Positions 27,849 to 38,460 of a stretch of DNA of 64,000 nucleotides are shown one piece after another. Origin of the DNA: a virus (Duplodnaviria; Caudoviricetes). The translations under genes were made by a program, and so were the position numbers. Numbering within the stretch: the stretch's first letter is position 1; the number at the start of each line of letters is the position of its first letter. Location of the stretch: the IMG/VR virus record IMGVR_UViG_3300037312_000412, positions 4,466 to 68,465 of that record, one strand, 5' to 3'. Below the pieces are notes generated by a model. The model saw only the letters and a program-made list of their open reading frames with translations. It searched no databases and was not told the origin of the DNA.

Positions 27849-28037
27849 ATGCTGGTACTCAAGCGGAAGCCGGGAGAACGAATCATTCTGGACAACGGCG
27901 TGGTTATCACGCTCGTGCGATTGGACAACGGTTCTGCGCGAATCGGCGTTGACGCGCCGGGTGTCGCCGTCCACCGCGAAGAAGTCTACAACGCAATTCA
28001 CGCTGACGACCTGGGGCAACGCGGGGAGGGGACATGA
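27849..28037 (+). CDS. csrA: CsrA/RsmA family RNA-binding protein (copy 2)
   Basis: MLVLKRKPGERIIL..V.ITLV......RIGVDAP.V.VHREEVY. Confidence 0.92.
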   Translation: MLVLKRKPGERIILDNGVVITLVRLDNGSARIGVDAPGVAVHREEVYNAIHADDLGQRGEGT

Positions 28038-28502
28038 GCCTTTATCCAACATATGTTCTGACCGACAGTGGCGAGTGGTTTCGTGATCCGGTGATTCGCG
28101 GAGATGGTTGGTTTCTCTGTTTCGATGAGGACGAACCGCCCGAGTTGGTCGTGCGAATCATGCCTGAAGACAAGCCGGGCGACGCTTACCAACGTGGGCT
28201 TCAAATCCTGAATGGTTGCGGGATCAAGTACCGCAACAAGGGAAGTGGCCCAACTGGCAGCCGATGCTTTGGAAGCAGCGTCAAAGCCCATTGGTATCAG
28301 GCAATCAGCATGTTCGTTGAGATCCTTGAGCCGATTCCGCGACGACTGCTGCACGAGAAGCGTAAGCCTGCGACCAACATGGGTCTGGGAACTTTCCTGA
28401 GATTCGGTAGCAATGCGGTGGTGACATGACAGCTTTGCAGAGAGCCTTAGACGCCATCGACGCTCAGCAGTCCGATCCGCTGATTCGGGCGAAGGAGATC
28501 CA

Positions 28503-29336
28503 ATGACAAACGAACTGACGACCGTACCGCAACCAGCAAATCCTCTCGAAGAGGGGCGAGCCCTTGCAGATTTGCGCTCTCGGGCAATGCTCGTGAGCCC
28601 CGAGCAGATGCGACAAGGGTTGTCGGAGTATTGGGACCGCAGACAGGCGTTCCGCGACTGGATCAAGAGCCACATGCAGGAGGGGTTGCACTTCGGATAC
28701 CCGCCTGGATGCAAACCCGGAAACGCTGATCCAAAGCAGTGGCAGGCGAAGCCGTCGCTCTACAAAGCCGGCGCGGACTTCATCTGTGACCTTCTGGGGT
28801 TGCAGCCGATGTTCGAGGCGGACCTTGACGGATGGAAGCAGCTCGGCGAGCCCAAGGGCACGTTCGTCTCGTCGTGCAAGCTCATCTCGCGGGCGACAGG
28901 GGAAGTCATCGGGCACGGTCGAGGTGCATTCAAAATCGGCACGAAGGGCATGCAGGAAAACGCATCCCTGAAAATGAGCCAGAAAGCGGCGAAGGTCGAT
29001 GCTGTGCTGAATGCCTACGGTCTCTCTGACCTGTTTACTCAGGACGTGGAGGATATGGGACCGGAGCAGCACGAGAACCCAGCCGCCGACGCCAGCAAGC
29101 CGAAGCAGACACCCCGCGCCCAGCGTGTCACAAAGGAAGAACTCGGCGAACTGCACGTAGCGTGGACCGAGGTCGCCTACGATCCGAAGGACAGCGAAGA
29201 GTTCTTCAAACTCATCTACGAGACGACCATGCGCGAGTTCAACCCGCGCAAGCCTGGCGAGTGGACGCGCGACGACTTCACGAAGGTCGCGGAAGCTATC
29301 CGCCTCAAGCGTGACGGGGAGGCACCGCCGCAATGA
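28503..29336 (+). CDS. Putative single-strand annealing/recombination protein
   Basis: KPSLYKAGAD.I..LLGL motif; sits in the recombinase-exonuclease-SSB block. Confidence 0.55.
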   Translation: MTNELTTVPQPANPLEEGRALADLRSRAMLVSPEQMRQGLSEYWDRRQAFRDWIKSHMQEGLHFGYPPGCKPGNADPKQWQAKPSLYKAGADFICDLLGLQPMFEADLDGWKQLGEPKGTFVSSCKLISRATGEVIGHGRGAFKIGTKGMQENASLKMSQKAAKVDAVLNAYGLSDLFTQDVEDMGPEQHENPAADASKPKQTPRAQRVTKEELGELHVAWTEVAYDPKDSEEFFKLIYETTMREFNPRKPGEWTRDDFTKVAEAIRLKRDGEAPPQ

Positions 29337-30346
29337 GCGACCTTTTCACGGATGACACGATTGTTGCCGACCGCTCGACCCTGGAGAAGTGGCAGGAATG
29401 CCCCCGGCAGGCCCGCTATCTCTCTGATGGCGGCTTCAATGGAAAATCCTTCGCGGCAGAGAGCGGGAACGCGGCACACGACGTTCTGAGCACGGCAACG
29501 GCTACCTACGTGGATTCGCAGGGGGCATACAATGCTGTCGAGTTGCGAGAAGAGGTCGAGACGCTGCTTCTCTCGACTCGCCCCGACCTGCAGCCGGATG
29601 TGATTCGGGCGCTGCGTCCATCCCTCTGGGCGTGGTGCAAATACCTGAATGATCTGCATTTCTCCAACATACTTCGATTCGATGGCGGGCGCGGCGACAA
29701 GAGCGGGCAACTGGCGCACGACTTCGACGACCTGGGGTTACGCCCCACGTCGGAAATCGACCTACTGCACGCGACCCAATCCACCGAGGTCATCGAGGAA
29801 ATCGACTACAAGTCCGGGCATACGCCGTGGTCGATGGATTCCGTTGCCGACGCCTTCCAGTTCGACATGCACGGTATGCTGCTCCTGATGCACTACCCCG
29901 ACGTGAAGTGCGTCCGCATCTCCGTCTGGTGTACCCGGCTGAACCGCCGGACCTACCGTGTCGATTTCACCCGCGACCGCTACAACGAGTACCTCTATCG
30001 GGTCCGCAAAGCCTGCGAACTGATGGCGCGATGGCAGGATAAGCCGGTCGAGCAGGTGCCGGCGCATCCGATGTACGAGCGGTGCTTGCTCTGCCCAGCA
30101 AATCTCAAGTGCGCATCCGCTGGAGGCGACGTGCAGGAATTGGTTGCTGATCCGGGCGCTGCCGTTGACAAGCTGCACACGCTGGAAGCCGCAGCCGACA
30201 CGCTTCGGGAATCGCTCGGTAAAATCGTGGATGCGACGGGGCGCGACATCATTTCGCCATCAGGGAACGCATTCGGCGCGGAGAAGCCGAAGCAGAACAG
30301 GAAGCCCGTGAAGGGCATCTACAAGTCCAACAGGGAGAGCGAATAG
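29333..30346 (+). CDS. PD-(D/E)XK exonuclease-like protein
   Basis: STLEKWQECP, IDLL...IDYKSG, C-terminal CLLCP. Confidence 0.75.
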   Translation: MSDLFTDDTIVADRSTLEKWQECPRQARYLSDGGFNGKSFAAESGNAAHDVLSTATATYVDSQGAYNAVELREEVETLLLSTRPDLQPDVIRALRPSLWAWCKYLNDLHFSNILRFDGGRGDKSGQLAHDFDDLGLRPTSEIDLLHATQSTEVIEEIDYKSGHTPWSMDSVADAFQFDMHGMLLLMHYPDVKCVRISVWCTRLNRRTYRVDFTRDRYNEYLYRVRKACELMARWQDKPVEQVPAHPMYERCLLCPANLKCASAGGDVQELVADPGAAVDKLHTLEAAADTLRESLGKIVDATGRDIISPSGNAFGAEKPKQNRKPVKGIYKSNRESE

Positions 30347-30765
30347 TGGCGAGCTACAACAAAGTGATCCTGATTGCGAATCTGACTCGCGACCCGCAGG
30401 TGAAATACACACCGAAGGGGACGGCGGTTGCTGAACTCGGTCTGGCGGTCAATCGAGACTGGTTCGACAAGGCGTCCAACTCCAAGAAGTCTGAAACGAC
30501 GTTTGTTGACGTGACCCTGTGGGGCAAGCAGGCGGAAGTCGCCGCGGAATATCTCACGAAGGGGCGGCAGGTGTTCATCGAGGGGCGGCTTCAACTCGAC
30601 ACCTGGGATGACAAAGAGAGCGGTCAGAAGCGCTCCAAGTTGCGAGTCGTCGCCGAGAACATGCAGATGATGGGCGGCGGAAAGCAGAACGGCGGAGGCG
30701 GTCAGCGCCAGAAGCCCGAAGCAGAGCCGGAATACGAGGATCCATTCTCGGAAGCGCCGTTCTGA
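30346..30765 (+). CDS. ssb: Single-stranded DNA-binding protein
   Basis: YNKVILIANLTRDP, LAVNR, WGKQAE....YL.KG.QVFIEGRL; acidic tail ending PF. Confidence 0.97.
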   Translation: MASYNKVILIANLTRDPQVKYTPKGTAVAELGLAVNRDWFDKASNSKKSETTFVDVTLWGKQAEVAAEYLTKGRQVFIEGRLQLDTWDDKESGQKRSKLRVVAENMQMMGGGKQNGGGGQRQKPEAEPEYEDPFSEAPF

Positions 30766-30862
30766 GCAGCGTTCACATCCCCCGGCTTCGCAAGCCGGGC
30801 GCGGGATTTCAGGTGTCACTTACGCCGGACAGTTTTATTCCACGGTGAAAGGACTTACCATC

Positions 30863-31162
30863 ATGTCGGTTACGGCAACTCAGGCAAAACAGACGAAGGA
30901 CGGCGGGATGGGTCGCCCACGTAGCGAGCCCGATCAGAGCACGTTTGCAGGGCGGTTCGGATTGAAGATCCGACAACGCCGCGATGCGCTTGGATGGTCC
31001 GTCAAGGAACTCAGCAAGAAGTTGACCGATTCCGGGATGAAGGCGTCCCCCCCGTTGATTTACAACTGGGAAATGGGCTATCGCCTCCCCTCGATTGAAA
31101 CCGTGCCGATTCTGGCGACGGTGCTCCGCCTCAAGGTCTCCGACCTGTTCAAAGGCGAGTAG
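30863..31162 (+). CDS. XRE-family HTH transcriptional regulator
   Basis: FGLKIRQRRDALGWSVKELS......IYNWEMGYRLPSIE. Confidence 0.9.
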   Translation: MSVTATQAKQTKDGGMGRPRSEPDQSTFAGRFGLKIRQRRDALGWSVKELSKKLTDSGMKASPPLIYNWEMGYRLPSIETVPILATVLRLKVSDLFKGE

Positions 31163-31176
31163 GTTCCCAGCTGTTT

Positions 31177-31227
31177 TAATGCTTTTGGCATTATTCGCTT
31201 GACCGGGTTTAATGCCACTGGCATAAT
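31177..31227 (+). promoter_or_regulatory. Promoter TTGACC-N17-CATAAT flanked by two 17-bp operators
   Basis: TAATGCTTTTGGCATTA (31177-31193) and TAATGCCACTGGCATAA (31210-31226). Confidence 0.78.
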
Positions 31228-31810
31228 TGGACCTGTTGGGAATGAAACAGGCACCCCGAACCGGAGACGATCATGCAGACGACCGAAATCACCACCGGAA
31301 CCGAAATCATCGACCTCGACGGGAGACAGTGGACCGTGATGAAAATCGTCGAATTCAAAGGCTCGCGGTGGTACGAAGTCCGCAACGACCGTGGCACGGC
31401 CGTTCGGTATGACTCGGACATCGCTGGCGTGGAGTTGAAGTGATGGCGTGGGTGAAACTCAATCAGGCTCCAACGTCATCTGGTTGGAGCCTGTATTCGA
31501 CAGTGCAACATGGCGTTGTGTGGCAGTCCAGATCCGGCAAGCTGTTTCTGAAGTCGCACGATGGGCGATGGTTTGCGTGGAGAAAGGATCGCAATGGGCC
31601 GGTTAGTCGCAGTGCTATTTCGGGGTGAGGAACGGGACGTAGAAATCGACTTCGATGGTGGATACGAGGCAGACACGAACGCGCATGAAATCCAGTGGCA
31701 TTTCCACGGGATGACGCCAGAGGAACACGACGCTCTGCGAATTACGGACGAAGAGGAACAATCGGTCTATGAGCAGATTGCGCGGTGTCTGGATGGTTAT
31801 TGAGGTGTAG

Positions 31811-31972
31811 ACCCCGCCGCCGCGAAAGCGGAGAGGGCCGTCAGATTGGAGATAAGGGCTTAAAACCAATCGGGGGAGTTGAAAAGCGGCTGCAATGCCG
31901 CAACCCCATCAGGCAGTAGCCGACGAACAGGCCGCAGCAATGCGGGGTGGCCGCACCCGGAAACAACGGCGG
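31811..31972 (+). ncRNA. Candidate structured intergenic RNA
   Basis: Five hairpins in about 160 nt, including CCGC-GAAA-GCGG and two GCAAT-loop hairpins. Confidence 0.4.
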
Positions 31973-32007
31973 CATTTGAACTATCCAGATTTTTCGGAGA
32001 GTTGAAC

Positions 32008-32694
32008 GTGGCTAATGATCTCTCGCCAAACCCGCACGAAATCGACTACGCACTGATTCAGCGCTACAACCAATCGCCGCAGTCGAAGATGGATACGCGG
32101 CAGTTGTACGAACTGCTGATTGAGCCCATTCGCTCGCAGTGCCGCAATTTGGGCTATGCCATCGCTGTTCACGGGAGCCTGAATCGCGACATCGACCTGA
32201 TTGCGGTTCCGTGGACTGCCGACGCCGTGTCTCCGCGACGATTGGCGGAAGAAGTATTCGCGGTCGCATGGCATGTGAACTGGCTGGCGCACTGGTCGTG
32301 GTTCCCTGCTCGTGGGCAGGAGTTCACGCTCGAAGGCGGACCGGGGATAAAGCCGCACGGCCGGCTGGGGTGGGTCATCAATCTGACGATGGGCAAAGGA
32401 CCGTACATCGACCTATCGGTTATGCCGCCACAGGCGGCGGATTCGGCGCACGGCATCACCCCGGAGTGGCTTTTCGGGTTGAGCTATCTGCGGTTCAAGC
32501 GGTCCGACTGGACGTCTGGAACATTCGACGTGGATGTATTCCTCGATGAAGCCGAATTGTGCGTTCGATTCTGGGAGGACGGAAAGGTTGATGTGATTCT
32601 CGGCAAGACCGGCGATACGCAATTGCACGACATCACGCGACAGCAGTTTCTATGCTTGCTGCGAGCGTGTGGTGTGACAGAGGTGATTACATGA
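32008..32694 (+). CDS. Hypothetical protein with a nucleotidyltransferase-like HGSLNRDIDL motif
   Basis: GYAIAVHGSLNRDIDLIAVPW; GTG start after GGAG. Confidence 0.55.
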   Translation: MANDLSPNPHEIDYALIQRYNQSPQSKMDTRQLYELLIEPIRSQCRNLGYAIAVHGSLNRDIDLIAVPWTADAVSPRRLAEEVFAVAWHVNWLAHWSWFPARGQEFTLEGGPGIKPHGRLGWVINLTMGKGPYIDLSVMPPQAADSAHGITPEWLFGLSYLRFKRSDWTSGTFDVDVFLDEAELCVRFWEDGKVDVILGKTGDTQLHDITRQQFLCLLRACGVTEVIT

Positions 32695-33615
32695 AATTAG
32701 ATTACTGGCGAGAGGCATTTGCGGCGGCTCTTGACGTGGCTGGGATCGATATTCAAGGGGAACAACAACTTGAATCTGCCGCCGAAGTGCTGGTTAGCTA
32801 TTACGACACCTACGGTATGTCAAACGGTTACGAATGTATCTCCGACCCGCGAGATGTTGAAATCAAGACGCTGAAAAAAGCGCTGAGCACAGAACGCGAA
32901 AAGGTCACATGCGATGCGTGCGGAGGATCGGGCTGCCTCGTAAGGGGAGATTCTGTGCGCTCGTCTGAGTCGCAGTGCTGGAAATGCAGCGGAGAGGGGC
33001 GATATCTCCAATGAACTGGATCTGGAGTTTGTGGCGACGACCGCGAGAACTGCCCGGAAGAATCGCCATTCTTGAGGCGGAGATTGCCCGACTGCGCAGC
33101 CATCTGCTGCACACAAAGGACGGAGAGCTAGTTATCGACTGCGAGAGGCTGTACTGCCCCCGATGTGGTGGCGAAGTATTTCAATCCACTGACATCACAC
33201 ACAAAGACATTCAGTGGAAATGTGCCATTTGCCTAAAGTGCAATCACGCCTTCGCACTGAACGAAGTATTTTCCAGACCACGACATATATCCAATGACCG
33301 ACGCTGAATCGCTTTACCTCGAAGCCTCCCACTGGCAGGCAATCTGTACCGCTCTAGCCACCGCCATCTCAACCGGCAGCGAACTGGAATGGCTGGAAAC
33401 CATTCGTGCCCGTATCGCTACCGTCTCATGGGCGGCAGAGGAGTACGAGATGCTGGAAGTGAGCTGCACCCCAGACCAATGGGACATCTGCCAAGCCGCT
33501 GTAGATACCGTGGATAAGCCGGGAGAGGGGAAGACTTGCGGGTACTGGCTGATGAAGGCGCGGGCGTGTGCGAAGCGGTCGCGGGAGATGGCTAACCAGA
33601 ACAAGGAGAAAGTTC

Positions 33616-34200
33616 GTGGCTAAGGATTGGAAGAAACTCCCGGACGGAAAAGAGAAGTACGCTGCCTACCTGTGCAGTCGGGAATGGTCGGTACTGAAAG
33701 AGGCGGTGCACAAGCGGGCCGGCGGTATTTGCGAGCGGTGCCACGTATTCGCGATTGACGCGGTGCACCACACGACCTATGCCCGCAAGTACCACGAGGA
33801 ACTTGAAGACCTCCAGGGGAATTGCAAGCACTGCCACGACTTCACGCACGCTAAGTCGCAGAGGGATCCAGACGCTGACAAGTATTGGATTCTTTATGTG
33901 CGCGAGTGCAAACGACTCGCGAAACAGCCCGTGTCGATGCTCGTGTCCGAGGGATATTGCATCATGCCTCCCTTCGGCGTAATTGACCATTGCGTCACCC
34001 AAGCGGCGATTCTCGAAGAGATGGCACGCAGGAATTTTGACGCAGATGACGGTCAGGACATCTATAGCGCTGCCGAGCAGTATCGGGAAATAGCCTGGCT
34101 GATCCAGGAGCAGTTCCTCGAAGTTGGGTATCTCATCTGGATTCAGATGGAACGGCCGCGACCGAGGCATTGGGGCGAGACCTGGGAAGACGTTGCCTGA
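33616..34200 (+). CDS. HNH-like nuclease
   Basis: YL.S.EW......V..R....CERC.....VHH.TY..E..EDL...C..CH. Confidence 0.75.
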   Translation: MAKDWKKLPDGKEKYAAYLCSREWSVLKEAVHKRAGGICERCHVFAIDAVHHTTYARKYHEELEDLQGNCKHCHDFTHAKSQRDPDADKYWILYVRECKRLAKQPVSMLVSEGYCIMPPFGVIDHCVTQAAILEEMARRNFDADDGQDIYSAAEQYREIAWLIQEQFLEVGYLIWIQMERPRPRHWGETWEDVA

Positions 34201-34242
34201 GATTGACCTCGACCGAGAACGGACTTTCGGAGTTCGCCAAAG

Positions 34243-35163
34243 ATGGCTGCGGAACCTCAATACCCAAGGCGGGAATCCCATTTCGCCCACAAAGCGGTTC
34301 GGGCGATGGTCAAGACATGTGTGGCTTCCGAGTTTGGGCCGGAGGTGTTCGCGCTTCTGACCATAGTCGCCCACACCGAGGACGCAGCGCACTACCGCCG
34401 TCCCGTGACGTTCTATAACCCGATCCTGATGCCGCTGGTCGGATGTCGGAGCGAGTCCACATTCAAACGTGTGCGAGACAAAGCCGTTAAGGCTGGGTGG
34501 CTCGTTTACATACCTGGAAATATCGGCAAGCCGGCGAAGTATTGGGTGACAATCCCGGATCACGCCACTGGACTTGACGACCAGCCGACCGATGAGGGGT
34601 TCAAACCGACCCCAGAAATTGACCCTCAGGATGAACTTACAACGGACTCAGGATGGACTCAGGATGAACTCAGCCTGAACTCAGAACGGCCCACTTTCAA
34701 CCCTATCCCTGACCCTATCCCTGACCCTGTAAATACCTTGTCCGACCCTGCGGGATCGGACGATGCACCACCCGAAGAATCCGGACCTGGATATCAGGAA
34801 TTGCTTGATCTGGAGCGTGAGTTCGTCACCGTCTGGAACTCCCTCGAAGGCAATGTGCATTCACAGACTGCGATGCTCACCCCGAAGCGTAGGACATGGT
34901 TTCGCGCTCGCTTGAAAGACAAACCGCCATGGAGGTGGCGGGAGGCTCTTGCCAAATTCCCGCTGCAGTGTTTAGTCGGCAGGAAATCGTGGGCTGATCT
35001 GGAGTGGTTTCTCAAGCATCCCGACTCTGTGACAAAGATCCTCGAAGGCAAATACGACTGGTCGCCCAACGGCAACCGTTCTCAGAAGCACGACCCAACC
35101 CGCATCGGAGGCCAAAGTGCCCCTTTCCCAACGGACACTACCCCAGACGGCGACGATGGCTGA
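34243..35163 (+). CDS. Phage replication initiator (O-like)
   Basis: N-terminal HTH-like region; internal iterons; C-terminal ADLEWFL...K.LEGKYD; precedes loader and helicase genes. Confidence 0.8.
   Translation: MAAEPQYPRRESHFAHKAVRAMVKTCVASEFGPEVFALLTIVAHTEDAAHYRRPVTFYNPILMPLVGCRSESTFKRVRDKAVKAGWLVYIPGNIGKPAKYWVTIPDHATGLDDQPTDEGFKPTPEIDPQDELTTDSGWTQDELSLNSERPTFNPIPDPIPDPVNTLSDPAGSDDAPPEESGPGYQELLDLEREFVTVWNSLEGNVHSQTAMLTPKRRTWFRARLKDKPPWRWREALAKFPLQCLVGRKSWADLEWFLKHPDSVTKILEGKYDWSPNGNRSQKHDPTRIGGQSAPFPTDTTPDGDDG
34624..34710 (+). repeat. Iteron-like repeats, probable replication origin
   Basis: Tandem 11-mers ACTCAGGATGG/ACTCAGGATGA/ACTCAGCCTGA/ACTCAGAACGG (34646-34689) plus an in-phase copy at 34624; followed by an ACCCTATCCCTG repeat. 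Confidence 0.7.
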
Positions 35164-35698
35164 CATCTCGCAAGTCCCGTTGGACCTGCGAAAAGCTGTC
35201 ACATACGCAATCACCAAGAAGCTATTCCCGGTCTACCTGTTCGGTGGAACTGGCGTAGGCAAAACCTGCATGTCGGCGCTCGTGTACGAGACCTGGCCCG
35301 CGGAAGCCGGTTGGATGGAATGCGACGAGGTGCTTCGGGCTGTGGCGGCGACTCGGGTTGATCCTTTGACCCGCATTCCGTGGACTTGCCCAGACGACGG
35401 TCACAAAGGATTTACCGACCTGGGGCGGTTCTGGTCCCTCGTGGACCGTTGCGGACTGCTGTGCATTGACGACCTTGGCGTGCGACCGCCATCCGAGGCT
35501 CAGCGCGACATCCTCTTGGAAATCCTGAACCGCCGCAAAGGGAAGGCAACCATCATCACCGGCAACCTGGAGCCGCACAAACTGGCGGAAGTCTACGACG
35601 GCCGCATTCAGAGCCGGTGCAACGAAGGGCGCATGATCCGCGTCAAGGGCACGGACCAGCGCACGGATGGCAATCGCATCAAGGAGGTGCAGGTGTGA
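35156..35698 (+). CDS. DnaC/IstB-like helicase loader ATPase
   Basis: Walker A GGTGVGKT, LLCIDDLG, TIITGNL, GRIQSR. Confidence 0.88.
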   Translation: MADISQVPLDLRKAVTYAITKKLFPVYLFGGTGVGKTCMSALVYETWPAEAGWMECDEVLRAVAATRVDPLTRIPWTCPDDGHKGFTDLGRFWSLVDRCGLLCIDDLGVRPPSEAQRDILLEILNRRKGKATIITGNLEPHKLAEVYDGRIQSRCNEGRMIRVKGTDQRTDGNRIKEVQV

Positions 35699-37062
35699 TT
35701 GACGCCACTGGGCTGATGAAAGAATCCGAGCAATTCGCCCTCTACAACGAAGAGGCGGAGAAGGGCTGTCTCGGTTCGATGATGCTGGTCTCGATGACCA
35801 CGGAAGAGTGCCGGGCAATCGTGAAACCCGAGCAGTTTCGGCAGTTGGCACATCAGCATATCTGCCGGGCAATTTACAAACTTCGGGATCAGGGGAGCGA
35901 ACTCGACCCCCTCATTGTCTCAGCGGAACTGGAACGCGCCGGGCAGCTCGAAAATGTGGGCGGTGATTTGTACCTGGGCGAACTGATGGACTCCACTCCG
36001 CACGCAGCACATGCGGAGTATTACGCTCGCGAAGTCGTCAAATGGTGGAAGCGCCGCACGATCGCATTCGCCACGGCCCGCGTGAACCGCTCTTGCTACA
36101 ACCCGACCATCGACGAGCACGACCTCGTGTCGGAACTCGCTGAAGCGGTCGAAGAGGCGAACAGAGACGAGGCACGGGGGGCGACATCGCTGCGGGACGC
36201 CACGCTTCGCGTGATGGACAAGCTCGACCCCGACACGCCCAAGGAGCCGCCGTTGTCCACCGGGTTGTGTGACCTTGACGAAACCCTCACGGGCGGACTT
36301 CGGAAGAAGGCAATGTATGTCTTGGCGGCGCGTCCCGGCACCGGAAAGACAGCCTTGGCGTGTGACCTCGTGGAGAACATCGGCGCGGCTGGTGTCTACT
36401 TCGCGTGCATGGAGATGCCCGAGATCGAACTGACAGAGCGGCTGGTCTCCATCAAGACGGGCATTCCATTCACGGACATTACACAGAGCAAACTGACTTC
36501 GAGCCAACGTGAATCGGTTGCGTTTCATATGAACGCACTCGCGGCACTCCCGGTTTTCATCGATGACCGCACGAGCCGAACCGTTCCGCAGCTCAAGGCG
36601 GCGTGTCGAACCCACTCTCTCAGAAACCCACTCCGCGTGCTGATCGTCGATTACCTGCAACTGCTCGCCCCAGACAACGCGAAGGACTCTCGAGAGCAGC
36701 AGGTTGCCAAGATGGCGGTCGGGTTGAAGAACCTGGCGATGGAACTCGACATTACGGTTATCGCACTTTGTCAGTTGAGCCGGGAAATCGAGAAGCGGTC
36801 AGACCGCAGACCACACAACTCGGATCTCCGGGACAGCGGCGTTATCGAGCAAGCCGCGGACGTGGTGATGTTTCTTGACCGCCCATCGGTCTACGACGAC
36901 AGCGCCGAAAAGAGCGAGGCGGGAATCTATGTGACCAAGAACCGGCACGGTGCGACCGGGCAGGTTCCGTTGTTCTGCGACATGGCGACGTTGACGTTCA
37001 AGAATGCGTCGAAGCTGACAGGTCCAATGGAGCCCGACTACTTCGACGAGTGGAACCACTGA
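35695..37062 (+). CDS. dnaB: Replicative DNA helicase
   Basis: AARPGTGKT, LIVDYLQL, ALCQLSR, SDLRDSG.IEQ.AD.V.FL, KNRHG.TG. Confidence 0.96.
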   Translation: MIDATGLMKESEQFALYNEEAEKGCLGSMMLVSMTTEECRAIVKPEQFRQLAHQHICRAIYKLRDQGSELDPLIVSAELERAGQLENVGGDLYLGELMDSTPHAAHAEYYAREVVKWWKRRTIAFATARVNRSCYNPTIDEHDLVSELAEAVEEANRDEARGATSLRDATLRVMDKLDPDTPKEPPLSTGLCDLDETLTGGLRKKAMYVLAARPGTGKTALACDLVENIGAAGVYFACMEMPEIELTERLVSIKTGIPFTDITQSKLTSSQRESVAFHMNALAALPVFIDDRTSRTVPQLKAACRTHSLRNPLRVLIVDYLQLLAPDNAKDSREQQVAKMAVGLKNLAMELDITVIALCQLSREIEKRSDRRPHNSDLRDSGVIEQAADVVMFLDRPSVYDDSAEKSEAGIYVTKNRHGATGQVPLFCDMATLTFKNASKLTGPMEPDYFDEWNH

Positions 37063-38460
37063 GATGCTACGGAAGCGTACCCCACTCCACCGCAAGACGC
37101 CGCTTAAAGCGAAGCAGTCGCTCAAGCGGAGCGGACGGCTGAAACTGAAAGGGAAGTGATGAGCAGAGAAACCGAAGCAATCGAACGCCTGAGGAAGCAT
37201 CGACGAGGAGAAACGCCATACGAAGGCTGGCACGAAGTTGGAATTCTTCGGGACTGCAACGACATCGTGGACGCATACCTCGCGGAACATCCCGCCGACG
37301 AAGACGAGCTAATCACGCCGGAATGGCTGGAGAGCATGGACTTCAAGAACAACATGGCCTACCTCGCGGACGATCAGCGAACGCTGCTTCAACTTACAGA
37401 GCGGCACAACGGATTCGGCGCGATTGTGTGGCAGCAACCGGACCGGCAGATGGTGTCGGTAACAATCGTTCTTCCGGGGGTATTGGTCAAGACCCGCGGC
37501 GAGCTTCGCGCCCTACTACGTGGTCTCGGCGTGGAACCGAAGCAATGAAACGCACCCGCCTCCAGCGCAAGCCCCCTCCCGCCAATCGGAGCGACCGACG
37601 CGGGAAAGGACAGGAGAAAGAAAAACCCCGCCAGTCGCTAAATCCCCGGAAGGGGAATCGCCCACGCGGAAGCGTGAGGTTTCGCGACAGGCAGGGTTCC
37701 ACCGTCCTGCGGACGATGCAAGCCTCCGAAGAGGGACACGGGCAAGACGTACATCCGCCGCTATAGACGGTTTCTGACCTGCGAAATGGATTATACACGA
37801 ATGGTCACACGGCGCAAACACCTTGAATTCTGGACAGAAACAAAACGCACCATCATCGGCACTGATGGGGAGCCGTTCGTGAAAGTCAATCTCTGCTGTT
37901 GCAAAGCGCCGGGAGCAACGAGGCGCGAGTGTTCCGACGCGGCAGGTAACAAAACGCCGTGCCGGTGCGATTGCCATCGAACTAAACCATGAAGCGTTGG
38001 TGGAACTGTTCGCGGTGAATTGAATCTCTCTAACGGCCAGCACAGCCCGAAAGGACAAGCGAAGCAATGGGAACGAAGCACACACCGGGACCGTGGCATG
38101 TTCACAGTGGGAAGCTCCGACCTAACTTTCCAACCGAGATTTTCGCGATCCATTCCGAAGATGGCCAAGAAGTTGTGGGATGGACAGGCTTCGATGGAAC
38201 CGCATTCCCAGAAGACAGGGAAGCCAATGCGCGATTAGCGGCTGCAGCTCCAGAACTTCTGGAGGCATGTCGCGAAGGGATTCGAATGTGCGATTTCTTC
38301 GGGCATTCTCTGCGAAAAATGCGACCCGTGTTTGAAGCAGCCATCGCCAAGGCAACCGGCGACACCCCATGACCCTGCCGGGACAACGCGAACTTCCCTT
38401 TCCGGTCGAACCCATCCCGTTCGACACGAACCTCCCGGACAACTGGATAGGATTCCTGAT

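Noticed and set aside
30781-30799. Hairpin CCCGGCTT-CGC-AAGCCGGG after ssb as a terminator
   Set aside because: No U-tract follows, so it is not called a terminator; it could be a processing or stability hairpin.
31879-32007. TTG start extending the 32008 gene
   Set aside because: The GTG at 32008 has a GGAG RBS, and the upstream stretch is hairpin-rich and looks non-coding.
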